Source of the DNA: an uncultured Anaerolineaceae bacterium
GTDB taxonomy: Bacteria > Chloroflexota > Anaerolineae > Anaerolineales > E44-bin32
Direction: 5' to 3'
NCBI GenBank assembly: GCA_964591485.1
Contig: CAZQDE010000009.1
Location: forward strand, 19-64,018
DNA: 64,000 nt
Below the pieces are notes generated by a model, which did not search any database, was not told the DNA's origin, and worked only from the letters and a program-made list of their open reading frames with translations. Each line of letters starts with the position of its first letter. Position 1 is the stretch's first letter. Shown here in pieces: positions 9,738 to 20,072 of the stretch. A program made the position numbers and the translations under genes.

Positions 9738-11024
9738 ATGCACAGCGCTCTCCGATGTTTCTCGGCCATCTGGATGGCCGTCTTACTGATCACCTCCTGC
9801 TCCCTGCCGGCTCCCGCAAGCCAGTCGGCGGGAACGCCGACGGTCCCCGCCCAACCGCCCACACCCACGCCTACATCACTCCCTCCGCTCGGCCCATTTG
9901 CGAAGGACCTGCTCCTCTGGGTAGCACCTGCCTTCGCGCCCGACCCTGAGACTCCCGCTGGCGCCCTATTGGCGGACCGGCTGAAGGCCTTCGAGGAGCA
10001 AACGCCAGGAGTGAAGATTGAGGTGCGCGTCAAGAGTCGGGAGGGCCGGGGTGGTTTGACCGAATCGGTTCTAACCGCCGCCGTCGCCGCGCCTGAGGCG
10101 CTTCCCGATCTCATCACGCTGGACCCGGAAGGCCTGCATGCCGCGGCGAATCACGGCTTGCTTATCTCGCTGGAGACCTCCATCCCTGCTCCTGAAGCAG
10201 ATGGCTGGTATGAGTACGCGCTCGCATCCACCACAATCGAAGGGGAATACCTCGCCATAACCTTCGCCGGGCAGACTGAGGTCTTTGCCTACCGAAAAGA
10301 TCTATTTGAGGCTCCGCCCCGGCGATGGGAAGATCTGCTTTCGGCCGGCAATGCCTTCGTCATACCGGCAGGTGACCCGCAGGCACGTTTCACCCTGGCT
10401 CAATACCTGGCACTCGGCGGCAAGCTCACAGATGAGGCTGGCGAACCCATGCTACAGCCGGACACTTTGGCCAAGGTGCTCGATTTCTATCGCACCTCGC
10501 TCGATGCCGGCCTGCTCCCGATTACCGTCGAAAGGTGGTCAAGTCCCCAGCAGACTTGGGAAGAATTGCTGGCAAATCGCACCACCGCTGCCGTGGCCCC
10601 CCTCGAGAGTTTCCTCCAGGCCCATGATCCTGCGCGACACGCCGCCACGGCCTGGCCTGCCGGATCTGAGAATCCCATCTCCCTCGCCGAACCATGGTCA
10701 TGGTCGATCTTGAGCATGTCACCAGAGAAGGAAGTCCTCAGCGGCCAGTTGCTGGAATGGCTGATGGATCCGGCCTTTCTCGGCCCATGGACCCACGCCC
10801 TGGGGATGCTTCCGCCCAATAGCGCAACCTTGGCGGCTTGGCCCGAAGGGCCCGCATTGGCCTTAACCAGCGGACTGGTAACTGCTGCGCGCGTCATGCC
10901 CAGGCTGGATGTGCGCTCAACCGTCGGACCTACCCTTCAAGCCGCCATCTCGGCCGTGCTTAACGGGTCGAACACACCAGCTGGCGCAGCACAGCAGGCT
11001 GCAGATAGCCTGCAATTGCCCTAG
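9738..11024 (+). CDS. Extracellular solute-binding lipoprotein (sugar-binding family 1-like)
   Basis: Lipobox LLITSC, Pro/Thr linker, and binding-protein-like PDLITLD, VFAYRKDL and WEDL. TATAAT at 9723-9728 precedes the ATG. Confidence 0.75.
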   Translation: MHSALRCFSAIWMAVLLITSCSLPAPASQSAGTPTVPAQPPTPTPTSLPPLGPFAKDLLLWVAPAFAPDPETPAGALLADRLKAFEEQTPGVKIEVRVKSREGRGGLTESVLTAAVAAPEALPDLITLDPEGLHAAANHGLLISLETSIPAPEADGWYEYALASTTIEGEYLAITFAGQTEVFAYRKDLFEAPPRRWEDLLSAGNAFVIPAGDPQARFTLAQYLALGGKLTDEAGEPMLQPDTLAKVLDFYRTSLDAGLLPITVERWSSPQQTWEELLANRTTAAVAPLESFLQAHDPARHAATAWPAGSENPISLAEPWSWSILSMSPEKEVLSGQLLEWLMDPAFLGPWTHALGMLPPNSATLAAWPEGPALALTSGLVTAARVMPRLDVRSTVGPTLQAAISAVLNGSNTPAGAAQQAADSLQLP

Positions 11025-11033
11025 CCACGACTT

Positions 11034-12389
11034 ATGCGAGCCATGCCCCGGCCACGCTTCCGTGACCACCGACGCCATTTCGAGCGACTCATAGCCGCCG
11101 CACTGATGGCCGTGGATCCCTACCAGGCGGTCACAAGGGCGCTTATGGTTGAAGGCCACCAGCTCATCATCGGGGATTTTCAATTCTGCCTCGCACCCGA
11201 CTCGAGAATATGGATCGTCGCCTTTGGAAAGGCCTCCGCTCCCATGTCGCGGGCGGCATCGGACGTGCTGAAAGGTTTTCAGACGAGGGGTGTGCTCGTG
11301 GTTCCAGAGGGAACCGAAATCGAGGTTCCTCCGCGGCTGCAGGTGCATCACGGTGGACACCCGCTCCCGACAGATGGCAGCATATGCGCAGGAGAGGCCG
11401 TGGCACATCTACTAGGGAACACGCAACCCCATGACCTTGCACTTGCGCTCATTTCCGGGGGCGGGTCTGCCATGTTGGAGCTCCCGGTGGCAGGCGTATC
11501 GCTCTGCGATCTGCGCTGGCTGAATGACCGCCTGCTTGCATCAGGGGCACCGATCGAAACCATCAATCGAATCCGCAAGGCCTACTCGCAGATCAAAGGT
11601 GGCGGCTTGCTGCACCTGGCCGCTCCGGCGCGTGTGGCTGCGCTCATCCTTTCGGATGTCATCGGTGATGACCCCGCAGCCATCGCCTCCGGCCCGACCG
11701 CCCCGCATGAAGATCTGGCGAAACAGGCTCGAGCAGCCCTTCGTGCGCTCGGACTGTGGAAGGAGCTTCCCCGGGCGCTCCAGGAAGCCCTCGACCGCCC
11801 GCGGATCGATCGCCCCGGCCTTCCCCCGCTGGGCCATACGATCATCGGCAGCAACCGCACGGCCCTCGCCGCTGTCCAGGCCGAGGCCAAACGGCTTGGG
11901 TTCCATGTCTGGACGGATGACCAGCCCATAGAGGGGGAGGCGCGGGACGCCGGTGCACGGATTGCCAGGGAATTGCGCGCTCACGCCGAAAGCGTGATGC
12001 AACCCGTTTGCATTCTCTATGGTGGGGAGACGACGGTTACACTCGACAACCACGGCCGAGGCGGCAGGAATCAGGAGCTGGCGCTGTCGGCCGCGCTTGG
12101 GCTCTCCGGCCTGGAGGGCGTAGCCCTGATGGCCTTCGCCACCGATGGCATCGATGGCCCCACCGACGCTGCCGGTGCCATCGTGACCGGCATGAGCGCG
12201 CCTCAGATGATCGCCAAGGGCCTGGATCCTAACGAACATCTTCGCCGCCATGATGCTTATCCCGCGCTGGCTGCCATCGATGCCCTCATCCGAACTGGGC
12301 CGACCAGCACCAATGTCAACGACATCATCGCTGTCCTGCTCTTCCCGCCGAATGGCGTGCTGCCTGAATCTCAAGACCGGCAAGTTTGA
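11034..12389 (+). CDS. Glycerate kinase type 2 (MOFRL family)
   Basis: AFGKAS, HPLP, LISGGGSAM, SQIKGGGL, LSDVIGDD, GGETTV, GGRNQE, TDGIDG and TGPTSTNVND. Confidence 0.92.
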   Translation: MRAMPRPRFRDHRRHFERLIAAALMAVDPYQAVTRALMVEGHQLIIGDFQFCLAPDSRIWIVAFGKASAPMSRAASDVLKGFQTRGVLVVPEGTEIEVPPRLQVHHGGHPLPTDGSICAGEAVAHLLGNTQPHDLALALISGGGSAMLELPVAGVSLCDLRWLNDRLLASGAPIETINRIRKAYSQIKGGGLLHLAAPARVAALILSDVIGDDPAAIASGPTAPHEDLAKQARAALRALGLWKELPRALQEALDRPRIDRPGLPPLGHTIIGSNRTALAAVQAEAKRLGFHVWTDDQPIEGEARDAGARIARELRAHAESVMQPVCILYGGETTVTLDNHGRGGRNQELALSAALGLSGLEGVALMAFATDGIDGPTDAAGAIVTGMSAPQMIAKGLDPNEHLRRHDAYPALAAIDALIRTGPTSTNVNDIIAVLLFPPNGVLPESQDRQV

Positions 12390-12414
12390 CCCTCCTCAGG
12401 CCGGCTGATACAAT
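12386..12414 (+). promoter_or_regulatory. Sigma70 promoter of the phosphohexomutase gene
   Basis: TTGACC (12386-12391), 17-nt spacer, TACAAT (12409-12414) with extended TG. Confidence 0.7.
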
Positions 12415-12447
12415 CCGGCCGCCATTTCGGAGAGTGGAGGAAAGAAG

Positions 12448-13908
12448 ATGCCAATTCATTTCGGGACGGACGGATGGCGGGGAGTCATCTCGGACACCTT
12501 TACCTTTCACAACCTGCGTCTGGTGACCCAGGCCATCGCCGACGCGGTCGCCTCCGATGAGTGGCTGAACGGCTCCTTTGAGGGTCCCAAACCCGATCCG
12601 CACCGCATGGTGGTGGGTTTCGACACCCGCTTTCTCTCCGATCGATACGCGGTGGAAGCCGCCCGCGTGCTGGCCGCCAACGGCTATAAGGTCTATCTAA
12701 CGGCAGCAGATGCCCCCACGCCCGCGGTCTCCTACGCCGTGCGGCACCTGGGCGCCATCGCCGGATTGATGATCACGGCATCCCACAACGCGCCCCGTTA
12801 TAGCGGCGTCAAGCTGAAAGCCGCCCATGGAAGTTCGGCGGCCCGGGAGCAATGCCGGCGCGTCGAGGTCTACCTCAACGATAACGAGGCCCGCGGGCGC
12901 GGCCCCAACTTGATGGATTACGAGCAAGCCCGCGAGGCCGGGCTAATCGAGCGCTTCAACCCCACTCCAGCCTATTACGACCATTTGCGCGGCTTAATCC
13001 GCTTTGACATCATCGCCGACAACCCCCAGCATCTGGTAGTGGATTCGATGTATGGGTCGGGTCGAGGCCAGATCAAGGGCATCCTGCAAGGCAGCGGCTG
13101 CGAGGTATTCGAAATCCGGGGGGAGATGAACCCAGGCTTCGGCGGCATCCATCCCGAGCCCATCGCCCGTTACCTGGGCGCCCTGGCAGGGGCCATCGCC
13201 GCCGGCCGGGGTCAGATGGGACTGGCCACCGATGGGGACGCGGATCGCATCGGCGCCATGGACGGCCGCGGGCAGTTCATCGACCCACACCGCATTATGG
13301 CCCTAGCGCTGAAATACTTAGTGGAGAGTCGCGGCTGGAGTGGCAAGGTCGTGAAGACCGTCTCCACCACTCAAATGATCAATCGTCTTGCGGCCCAATA
13401 CGGGCTGGAGGTGCTGGAAACCCCCGTCGGATTCAACCACATCGCCGAGTGGATCCTGCGAGATGATGTGCTCATCGGGGGTGAAGAGTCGGGAGGCATC
13501 AGCATCAAGGGCAACATCCCCGAGGGCGACGGGATTCTGATGAGCTTGCTGCTGTTGGAGATGGTGGCGGCGCAAGATGCACCTTTAGAAGCCTTGGTCG
13601 AGGATCTGCTGGCCGAGGTAGGCCCAGCATACTACGAGCGGGTTGACCTGCGGCTTTCACGTCCGGTCGTCAAGGAACGCATGGTCGCCCGGCTCGCCGA
13701 GGCCGCGCCCGGCAAGATCGGCGCTTCGGCCGTCGCCGAGGTTTCCACGCTCGACGGCGTAAAATACATCCTGGAGGACGACTCATGGCTATTGATCCGG
13801 CCTTCAGGAACGGAACCTGTTCTGCGGGTATATGCCGAAGCCGGCTCCCCTGAGCAGCTCAAATCGCTGATTGGATTCGGTCAAGAGGTTGCAGAATCGG
13901 CCCGCTAG
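12448..13908 (+). CDS. Phosphoglucomutase/phosphomannomutase
   Basis: FGTDGWRG, TASHNA (phosphoserine), TDGDADR (metal loop), GEESGG and RPSGTEP. Confidence 0.95.
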   Translation: MPIHFGTDGWRGVISDTFTFHNLRLVTQAIADAVASDEWLNGSFEGPKPDPHRMVVGFDTRFLSDRYAVEAARVLAANGYKVYLTAADAPTPAVSYAVRHLGAIAGLMITASHNAPRYSGVKLKAAHGSSAAREQCRRVEVYLNDNEARGRGPNLMDYEQAREAGLIERFNPTPAYYDHLRGLIRFDIIADNPQHLVVDSMYGSGRGQIKGILQGSGCEVFEIRGEMNPGFGGIHPEPIARYLGALAGAIAAGRGQMGLATDGDADRIGAMDGRGQFIDPHRIMALALKYLVESRGWSGKVVKTVSTTQMINRLAAQYGLEVLETPVGFNHIAEWILRDDVLIGGEESGGISIKGNIPEGDGILMSLLLLEMVAAQDAPLEALVEDLLAEVGPAYYERVDLRLSRPVVKERMVARLAEAAPGKIGASAVAEVSTLDGVKYILEDDSWLLIRPSGTEPVLRVYAEAGSPEQLKSLIGFGQEVAESAR

Positions 13909-13920
13909 TCGGGCGCGGGC

Positions 13921-15066
13921 TCAACTGGATTTGCCCGGAGGCAGGCTCACCATATCGGGGGGCCTAAGTGGTAGCAAAATCCAGAAGGTGCTCCCCTGCC
14001 CCTCCTGGCTCTCAACGCCCACTTCCCCTCCATGGATCTCCACGATGCCTCTGCAAATCGCCAGGCCCGAGCCGGTCCCCTGCTGTTCGTGGTATTCGCG
14101 GTCTACCTGTTCGAAGACGTCGAAGAGCTCCTCGAGGCGGTCGGCCCGGATGCCACGGCCCTCATCGATCACAGCCACGCGTAAATGGTCGTCCTCAGCC
14201 CGTGCCTGAACGGTGACCCTCTGGCTGGCATCCGTGGAGAATTTAATGGCGTTATCGAGCAGGCGTTCCAGGGCATTCGCTAGGTAAGCCTCATCGGCGA
14301 TCAGAGTCGGTAGGCCATCCGGGATATCTAGCTTGAGTTCCAGCCCACGTGCCTCCGCCTGCGATTGGAATCTACGCGCCACGACCCGAAGCCATGCGCT
14401 GGTGTCATCGATCGGCTGCCGGCGATACAGATAGGCTTCGACCGCCTCGCCCGTCTCCAGCTCGACCAGGATCAAGAAATCTTCCACCAGCTTGTTTAAC
14501 CGTCGGGCCCCCCGTCGGATGCCATCCATGAACTCGCGGAAGTCATCCTCAGTGACCGAGGGATCGCCCATATTGAGCATGTCCGCGTAATTGATGATGT
14601 ATGTGAGCGGCGTGCGGAACTCGTGGCTTAGCGTGAGCAGGATGCGGTGCTTAAGATCGGAGATTTCCTCCTCACGGTACCGCCGCAGCCCGGCCCAGCG
14701 GGAAAGCTTGGATTCGATCGCGACCAGCAAATCTTCATCATCGAATGGCTTAGTTATGTAGTCATCTGCCCCGACTGATTTCCCTCGCCGGATATCCATC
14801 TTCTCGCCCCGCGCGGTTAGGAAAATGAACGGCACAGCAATCAAATCCTGCCGTTTGCGGACTTCGGCGTGGAAGGCGTAACCGTCCATCTCAGGCATCA
14901 TGATGTCCGAGACGATCAAATCCGGTCGGGCCTGATCCAGCTTCTCAATCGCCTCGCGGCCATTGGCGGCTGTGAGCACATCGTAACCAGAGATCTCAAG
15001 AAGCTCGCGGATGCCTTCCAACAAGGCGAGATCGTCCTCGACGACCAATATCAAGGCCTTATCCAT
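13921..15066 (-). CDS. Hybrid response regulator/sensor histidine kinase (REC-HisKA-HATPase)
   Basis: LVVEDD...SDIMMPEMDG receiver, SHEFRTPL H-box, NAIKF, DEGRGI and GSGLAI. Start at 15066 chosen by domain boundary. Confidence 0.9.
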   Translation of the reverse strand: MDKALILVVEDDLALLEGIRELLEISGYDVLTAANGREAIEKLDQARPDLIVSDIMMPEMDGYAFHAEVRKRQDLIAVPFIFLTARGEKMDIRRGKSVGADDYITKPFDDEDLLVAIESKLSRWAGLRRYREEEISDLKHRILLTLSHEFRTPLTYIINYADMLNMGDPSVTEDDFREFMDGIRRGARRLNKLVEDFLILVELETGEAVEAYLYRRQPIDDTSAWLRVVARRFQSQAEARGLELKLDIPDGLPTLIADEAYLANALERLLDNAIKFSTDASQRVTVQARAEDDHLRVAVIDEGRGIRADRLEELFDVFEQVDREYHEQQGTGSGLAICRGIVEIHGGEVGVESQEGQGSTFWILLPLRPPDMVSLPPGKSS

Positions 15067-18037
15067 GCGTTCGTTCTGTCTCCTGCTCGCAGGGAAGCCA
15101 AAGGGTGAAACGGCTTCCCCGTCCGGGCTCCGAGTCCACTGCGATGCGGGCATGATGATTATCTAGGATTTCCCGCACGATGGCTAGCCCCAAGCCACTG
15201 CCGTGAATTTTGTGCTCACGAGCCAGGCTCCCGCGATAGAAGCGGTCGAAGATATGGGGCGTGTCGTCCTTGTCGATGCCGATGCCCGTATCCTCCACGA
15301 CCACTTTGGCGTGCCGCTTCCCCCCAACTTGCTCCTCGCCCACCAGTTCCAATCGAACCTTGCCGCCGACGGGTGTGTAGGCTATGGCATTCGAGAGTAG
15401 ATTGGTAAGAACCCGCAAGATCTGGCTCATATCGGCCTCAATCATCATATCCTGGCCAATGTGAAGATCGAAGTCCAATCGCTTATCCACGCAGGCGGGC
15501 CGGTGGTTCTCGGCGATCTCTGCCAGGAGGGCCCCGAGCGAGAAAGCCTCCAGTTGAGGTCGCTCTCCGGCTTCCAGCCTCGAGATATCGAGCAGGTCCT
15601 CGATCATCTGGCTCAGCCGGGCGGTCTCACGGTCCATGACTTCAAAGTACTTCTCCACGCGCACGCCCCGCGCCCGGCGAAGGAGCCCCAGATAGAGCTT
15701 GATGTTGGTCAGCGGTGTGCGCAGTTCATGCGAAACCGTCGCCACAAATTGGCTTTTTAACCTGTCCAGCTCCCGCAGGCGGGTGATATCCCGCAGGACG
15801 ACCACCGTCCCAATCGCTCGACCGTTCCACTCCACCGGCGAGGCCATAGCCTGCAAGGTAGCATCTCCCACCTCGAGATTTTCCTGGGTCTGCCCATCCG
15901 CCGCCAGGAGCCGCCGGATCCGGTCCGTGATCATCTCCCCGAAGGGGCCCTCCAGCAATGCCTGGGCTCGTGGGTTGACCAGCAGTAGTTCACCGCGCAA
16001 ATCGAGCACCAAGACAGGATCGCCCACGGAACGCAGAATGGCTTCTGTTCGCTCCTTCGCGGCGTGCAGCTCCTCGGTTCGGGCCGCCACGCGAACCTCC
16101 AGTTGGGCCGCATAGGCCCTGATCTCGCCGAAGAGGCGGGCATTGACCAGGGATATCGCCAGCTGGCCGGCAAGGACTTCGAGCACATCCAGTTCCTCGG
16201 GAGAAAGGGTTCCCTCCCTCGGACCAAAGAGAAAGAGGGCCCCCATGACCTCCGCCGCGGCCGACAGCGGGATCACCCAGCACTCACCGTCTTCCGGAAC
16301 TGTGGAGAGACGGATCAGATCCCATGATTCGGATGCCGGGCCCAATCGCAAAGAACGGTTCTCATGTAGAGCCCGTGCGATGGCAGGCATGTCCGCAAGC
16401 ACCAGATCCGGAAGGCCTCTGAGGTCACGCCCACCCGGCGCGGCCAAGAAGGCATGCGATCGCAGGGTCCCATCATCCAGCAACATGATGCCAGCCACGT
16501 CACAGGCAAAGATCTGGAGAACCCGCAATGCGACTTCTCTTGCAAGCTGCTGTGTGTCCAGGATCGAAACTGCGAAGCGGCCGATTTCACCCACCAAATG
16601 GAGCTTCTCCGAGCGCTCGGCCGAGGTCTTAAGCAGCCTTGCATTTTCCAGCGCTACTCCCAGCTGGCGGGCAAACTGCTCCGCAACCTCGAGATGGCTC
16701 TGGCTGTAATATCCGCGTTCCCCCGCCCCCAGCAGCAAAACGCCCATCCGAGAGGTCTGCCAGTAGATCGGGATGCATAGCCAGGAGCGGATCCCCTCCC
16801 ACAATCCTCCCTCGCCCATGACCGAACGGGAGTCCAGATCATCCAACCGCATCGGGGATCGAGCCGCCAAGGCTTCATCGATGCAATTTCCGGAGCCCTT
16901 TAGGACGGCTTTCCCAAGAATCCGTCCGCCCACATCGAGCTGTCTTAAACGTTCACCCTGCGCTGTAAGCCGCCCGCCCTGCTCCAAGAGCACCGCAGCA
17001 GCATCGAAAGGAACCACTTCTTCGAGCAGCGCAAGCACTTCCCCCAGCAACGCATCGGGATCGCGGGTTGAGGAGAGCTTGAGCGACACTTGCTGCAAGC
17101 CGCTCAAGGCCTGTGCCCTGCGGCTGAGCAAATCAAGGGTTCGCGCCTGTCGCAGCAGATCGCCCCAATGCCCCGAGAACGCTCGCAGCGTCAGTCGCTC
17201 GACCTCGGCTGGCCGTTCCCCGATGGCTAGGATCCCCTCGCCGGCGACAGGCGCCAGGTACAGCGCGTGAACCCCCTCCCTCCTAAGGAGTTTCTCCAAG
17301 CTGTCTATCGCGCCTCCCGGCATGATGGCCTGCAGAATATCTGCAAGCGAGTCGGCCTGCAGGTCTGCCCGCCCCCGCACAACATCTGCCAGCGCTGGCG
17401 AAAGATCCTCCACACGAGGCGCCACGCCGCCGAGGCCGGCCGACAGTTCGAGGATGGCATTTTGGATGGCCGGGGGATAGCCCGAGCCACGCAATGTCCA
17501 TCGCCGGGAGTGCGGGTCGATGGCGAAATACATCGGCTGAAAACCGGCCCAGCGAAGCCCGTCAAGCCCTATATCGACGAGCCGCCGCACGGCGCTTTCT
17601 CGCCCGGCAGACCCGGGCAGCGTCAGCGTGCGTTCAAGATTTCTAAGCCGGTGGATGCGCAGCAGGCCGCGCATCTGCCGGCAGAGATCTTCCAGCCCCT
17701 CATGCCCTTTGGGGACCTGCATCCACCCCTCAGAATCCTTGCGGGCGGGAGTATCCCCCAGCGCGATCCATAGCGGCGGCAAGGCAAGTCTGCGTGCTGT
17801 GGCGAGCAGTTGGAAGAGGTGAGCCGGCTCTATCGGCAAGCCCAAGACCAGCGCGTCGACTGGCATCTTCCCCAAGGTGGAAAGGCATTTCTCCAGCGAC
17901 GCCCGAATCAGGAGACGCCAGCCCCCCTCCGGAGACCGCAGGCCCTGGCGGATCAACCTCCGCCCTTCGGGCGAGGGATCGTACGCAAGCACTCGTGCGT
18001 CCATCAGGCTGCCTTTGGATTTCGGAACGGCCTTCAT
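15059..18037 (-). CDS. Multi-GAF/PAS sensor histidine kinase
   Basis: GAF-like segments (ALENARLL, SLVNARLF), PAS-like region, SHELRTPL, NLLSNAIAY, DTGIGI and GSGLGLAI. Confidence 0.9.
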   Translation of the reverse strand: MKAVPKSKGSLMDARVLAYDPSPEGRRLIRQGLRSPEGGWRLLIRASLEKCLSTLGKMPVDALVLGLPIEPAHLFQLLATARRLALPPLWIALGDTPARKDSEGWMQVPKGHEGLEDLCRQMRGLLRIHRLRNLERTLTLPGSAGRESAVRRLVDIGLDGLRWAGFQPMYFAIDPHSRRWTLRGSGYPPAIQNAILELSAGLGGVAPRVEDLSPALADVVRGRADLQADSLADILQAIMPGGAIDSLEKLLRREGVHALYLAPVAGEGILAIGERPAEVERLTLRAFSGHWGDLLRQARTLDLLSRRAQALSGLQQVSLKLSSTRDPDALLGEVLALLEEVVPFDAAAVLLEQGGRLTAQGERLRQLDVGGRILGKAVLKGSGNCIDEALAARSPMRLDDLDSRSVMGEGGLWEGIRSWLCIPIYWQTSRMGVLLLGAGERGYYSQSHLEVAEQFARQLGVALENARLLKTSAERSEKLHLVGEIGRFAVSILDTQQLAREVALRVLQIFACDVAGIMLLDDGTLRSHAFLAAPGGRDLRGLPDLVLADMPAIARALHENRSLRLGPASESWDLIRLSTVPEDGECWVIPLSAAAEVMGALFLFGPREGTLSPEELDVLEVLAGQLAISLVNARLFGEIRAYAAQLEVRVAARTEELHAAKERTEAILRSVGDPVLVLDLRGELLLVNPRAQALLEGPFGEMITDRIRRLLAADGQTQENLEVGDATLQAMASPVEWNGRAIGTVVVLRDITRLRELDRLKSQFVATVSHELRTPLTNIKLYLGLLRRARGVRVEKYFEVMDRETARLSQMIEDLLDISRLEAGERPQLEAFSLGALLAEIAENHRPACVDKRLDFDLHIGQDMMIEADMSQILRVLTNLLSNAIAYTPVGGKVRLELVGEEQVGGKRHAKVVVEDTGIGIDKDDTPHIFDRFYRGSLAREHKIHGSGLGLAIVREILDNHHARIAVDSEPGRGSRFTLWLPCEQETERTHG

Positions 18038-19356
18038 TCCACCTTCGGATGACTGAGCAATTTGTAGCCCCGGCCGCGACGGGTGATGAGGTAGCGAGGG
18101 TTGGAAGGGTCCGGCTCGATCTTCGCACGCAGACGGCTGATCAGCTTCTCAACCCGCGCATCATCCACATCGCCCAGATATTCCTCGCCCCACACGGCCG
18201 TGACAATCTGAAACTTATCGGTAAGTTTGTCTCGACGCTCATGGAGCAATTCCAGCAGGCGGTATTCAAGATCCGTAAGAACAGGGACCCGGATGCCATC
18301 AACCCACACATCCCCCGAGTCCGCGTCGAGGAACACACCCCGCGTTTCGGTATCGGGCGCCCGCCCCTTACGGCGAACAAACTCGGCGAAGATCGGCGAG
18401 AAGAGTTCCCGCTCATGCACAACACCCAGGTCCTGAAGATGCCGTAATTGCTGGGAAGGAATCCCGGCCTCCTGCTCCAGCGCCAGCGTGATCAGCGCCG
18501 CATGCTCCTCAGGCGTCATCTGATTCCATAGCTTGAGGCATTCGGCCCTGGGGAGTGGCTCGGTCCGCACCCACTCCCGGGGATCGCCCGTCCATCCCGC
18601 CGGCGAGCTGGCGAAGATCTGCGCCACGGCCACGAGTAAGCCCGGATGGCCGCCGGAAAGCTGGATGGCCGCTTGGGTCAGCTCCTTCGTCAAGCGGGGA
18701 AGCTTCAATTCCTTCAGGAGTGCCTTGGATTCATCTGCGTCCAAGAGTGGCATATGGAAGGTGAAACGTGAGAACAGTTCGGCGAATTCATCTTCCACCT
18801 GGACATTGCGGATTTCGGGAAGCTTGCGGATAGTGGCGGTGATGAAGACCAACCGGTCAGCGAACCGATCCCGCAAAGCCCGCAGGTTCAGAAGCGTGCG
18901 CTCATCCAACGCGGCGTAGATCTCATCAAACTCGTCCAGCAGCAGGCAGAGATCCTGCCCCAACCTTTCACATAGATCCGACAGCGCCAGGTTGAAGGAG
19001 AGTGAGGCCTCGAAAGCGTTTTCGGCCTCGGTGACCACCTGATGATAGCGGCGGATCTCCTCCAGGAGGCGATGGTCCTTCAACTTGGAAAGCTCCTCAA
19101 GCAGCGAGCGCAGAATGACCTCATAGAATGCTTGCGCCGAGATCGACACCGCTCGATTGCAATCCACGTATATCAGCATTCCCGCTCGGCCAGTGTGCTC
19201 GCCATAGAGCTCTCTGGCCTGAGGTGATGCCAGCGAGCGCATCACGATCGATTTCCCGCTGTTGCTCAGGCCGACAATGGAAGCACATTCCCCGGACCCT
19301 GCGGTGGCGATCAGATCCTGCTTCAATCCTGAAAAGGGGATCACGACCTTCGGCAT
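18034..19356 (-). CDS. AAA/STAND-like ATPase with C-terminal OmpR/PhoB-type winged helix
   Basis: Walker A GLSNSGKS, Walker B LLLDEFD, and C-terminal TDLEYRLL...ISRLRAKIEPDPSNPRYLITRRGRGY. Confidence 0.82.
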   Translation of the reverse strand: MPKVVIPFSGLKQDLIATAGSGECASIVGLSNSGKSIVMRSLASPQARELYGEHTGRAGMLIYVDCNRAVSISAQAFYEVILRSLLEELSKLKDHRLLEEIRRYHQVVTEAENAFEASLSFNLALSDLCERLGQDLCLLLDEFDEIYAALDERTLLNLRALRDRFADRLVFITATIRKLPEIRNVQVEDEFAELFSRFTFHMPLLDADESKALLKELKLPRLTKELTQAAIQLSGGHPGLLVAVAQIFASSPAGWTGDPREWVRTEPLPRAECLKLWNQMTPEEHAALITLALEQEAGIPSQQLRHLQDLGVVHERELFSPIFAEFVRRKGRAPDTETRGVFLDADSGDVWVDGIRVPVLTDLEYRLLELLHERRDKLTDKFQIVTAVWGEEYLGDVDDARVEKLISRLRAKIEPDPSNPRYLITRRGRGYKLLSHPKVE

Positions 19357-19374
19357 GCGACCTCCTGATATGAA

Positions 19375-19403
19375 GGCAGGGTCAACACCAGGCTGACCCT
19401 GCC
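19375..19403. terminator. Intergenic 10-bp inverted repeat (terminator or processing stem)
   Basis: GGCAGGGTCA-N9-TGACCCTGCC between the 19444 stop and the 19356 start; only a weak U tract. Confidence 0.4.
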
Positions 19404-19443
19404 GGATGGAACCCGCGAAACGAGCAGGTGATCGCGGCTGAGG

Positions 19444-19998
19444 TTACGAGGCCACTCGCTCACGCAGGCTTCGGGCAATGAAGATGACCGCCACCAGCGC
19501 TCCACCCAGGAGCGCGATCAACGGCACGCTGACCTCGTCGCCGAAACCGGTTGCGGGCAGAGCGGTGGGAGAGGGTGTCGCGCCTCCACCACCCACCGCC
19601 GCGTCAAGCGTCTGCTGGGCGGCGGCTGTGGCCGTCTCCGGGGAAAGCGTAGGCAGAGTCAGGAAGGGCGTGGGGGTATCCGTCGGCAAGACCACCACCT
19701 GGGTGGGAGTGGCCGTCGCTGTGGGCCCCTGCGTCCGCGTGGGCGTGGGCGTGCGCGATGGGGTTTGCTGCACGACCACCGCCGTCTGTGTCAGCGCTTG
19801 CTGCGTGTTCTGCAAGTTGATCTCGATTGCCTGTGTGGCTTGCGCTGCTCTCTGGCGAGGGGCCAAAACCAACGCATAGACCGCAAGGCAGATCATGCTC
19901 AGCACCAGCAGCGCGCCCAATCCAGCCGCGGCGATGACAAAAGTGCGGTTCGATGATTCCTCGGGTAGCGGTTCGCCGATTTCGAATTCCTCAGCCAT
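19444..19998 (-). CDS. Thr/Pro-rich membrane protein with LPXTG-like sorting signal
   Basis: N-terminal TM helix, TP-rich linker, then LPATG, a hydrophobic helix and a basic tail (RSLRER). Confidence 0.7.
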   Translation of the reverse strand: MAEEFEIGEPLPEESSNRTFVIAAAGLGALLVLSMICLAVYALVLAPRQRAAQATQAIEINLQNTQQALTQTAVVVQQTPSRTPTPTRTQGPTATATPTQVVVLPTDTPTPFLTLPTLSPETATAAAQQTLDAAVGGGGATPSPTALPATGFGDEVSVPLIALLGGALVAVIFIARSLRERVAS

Positions 19999-20072
19999 GA
20001 TTTACACTCCTCAGCCTGGCGGCCATTCGCCGATTCGAGCCTGGACGGCTGGCGGCGAATCACCTGCTCGGA

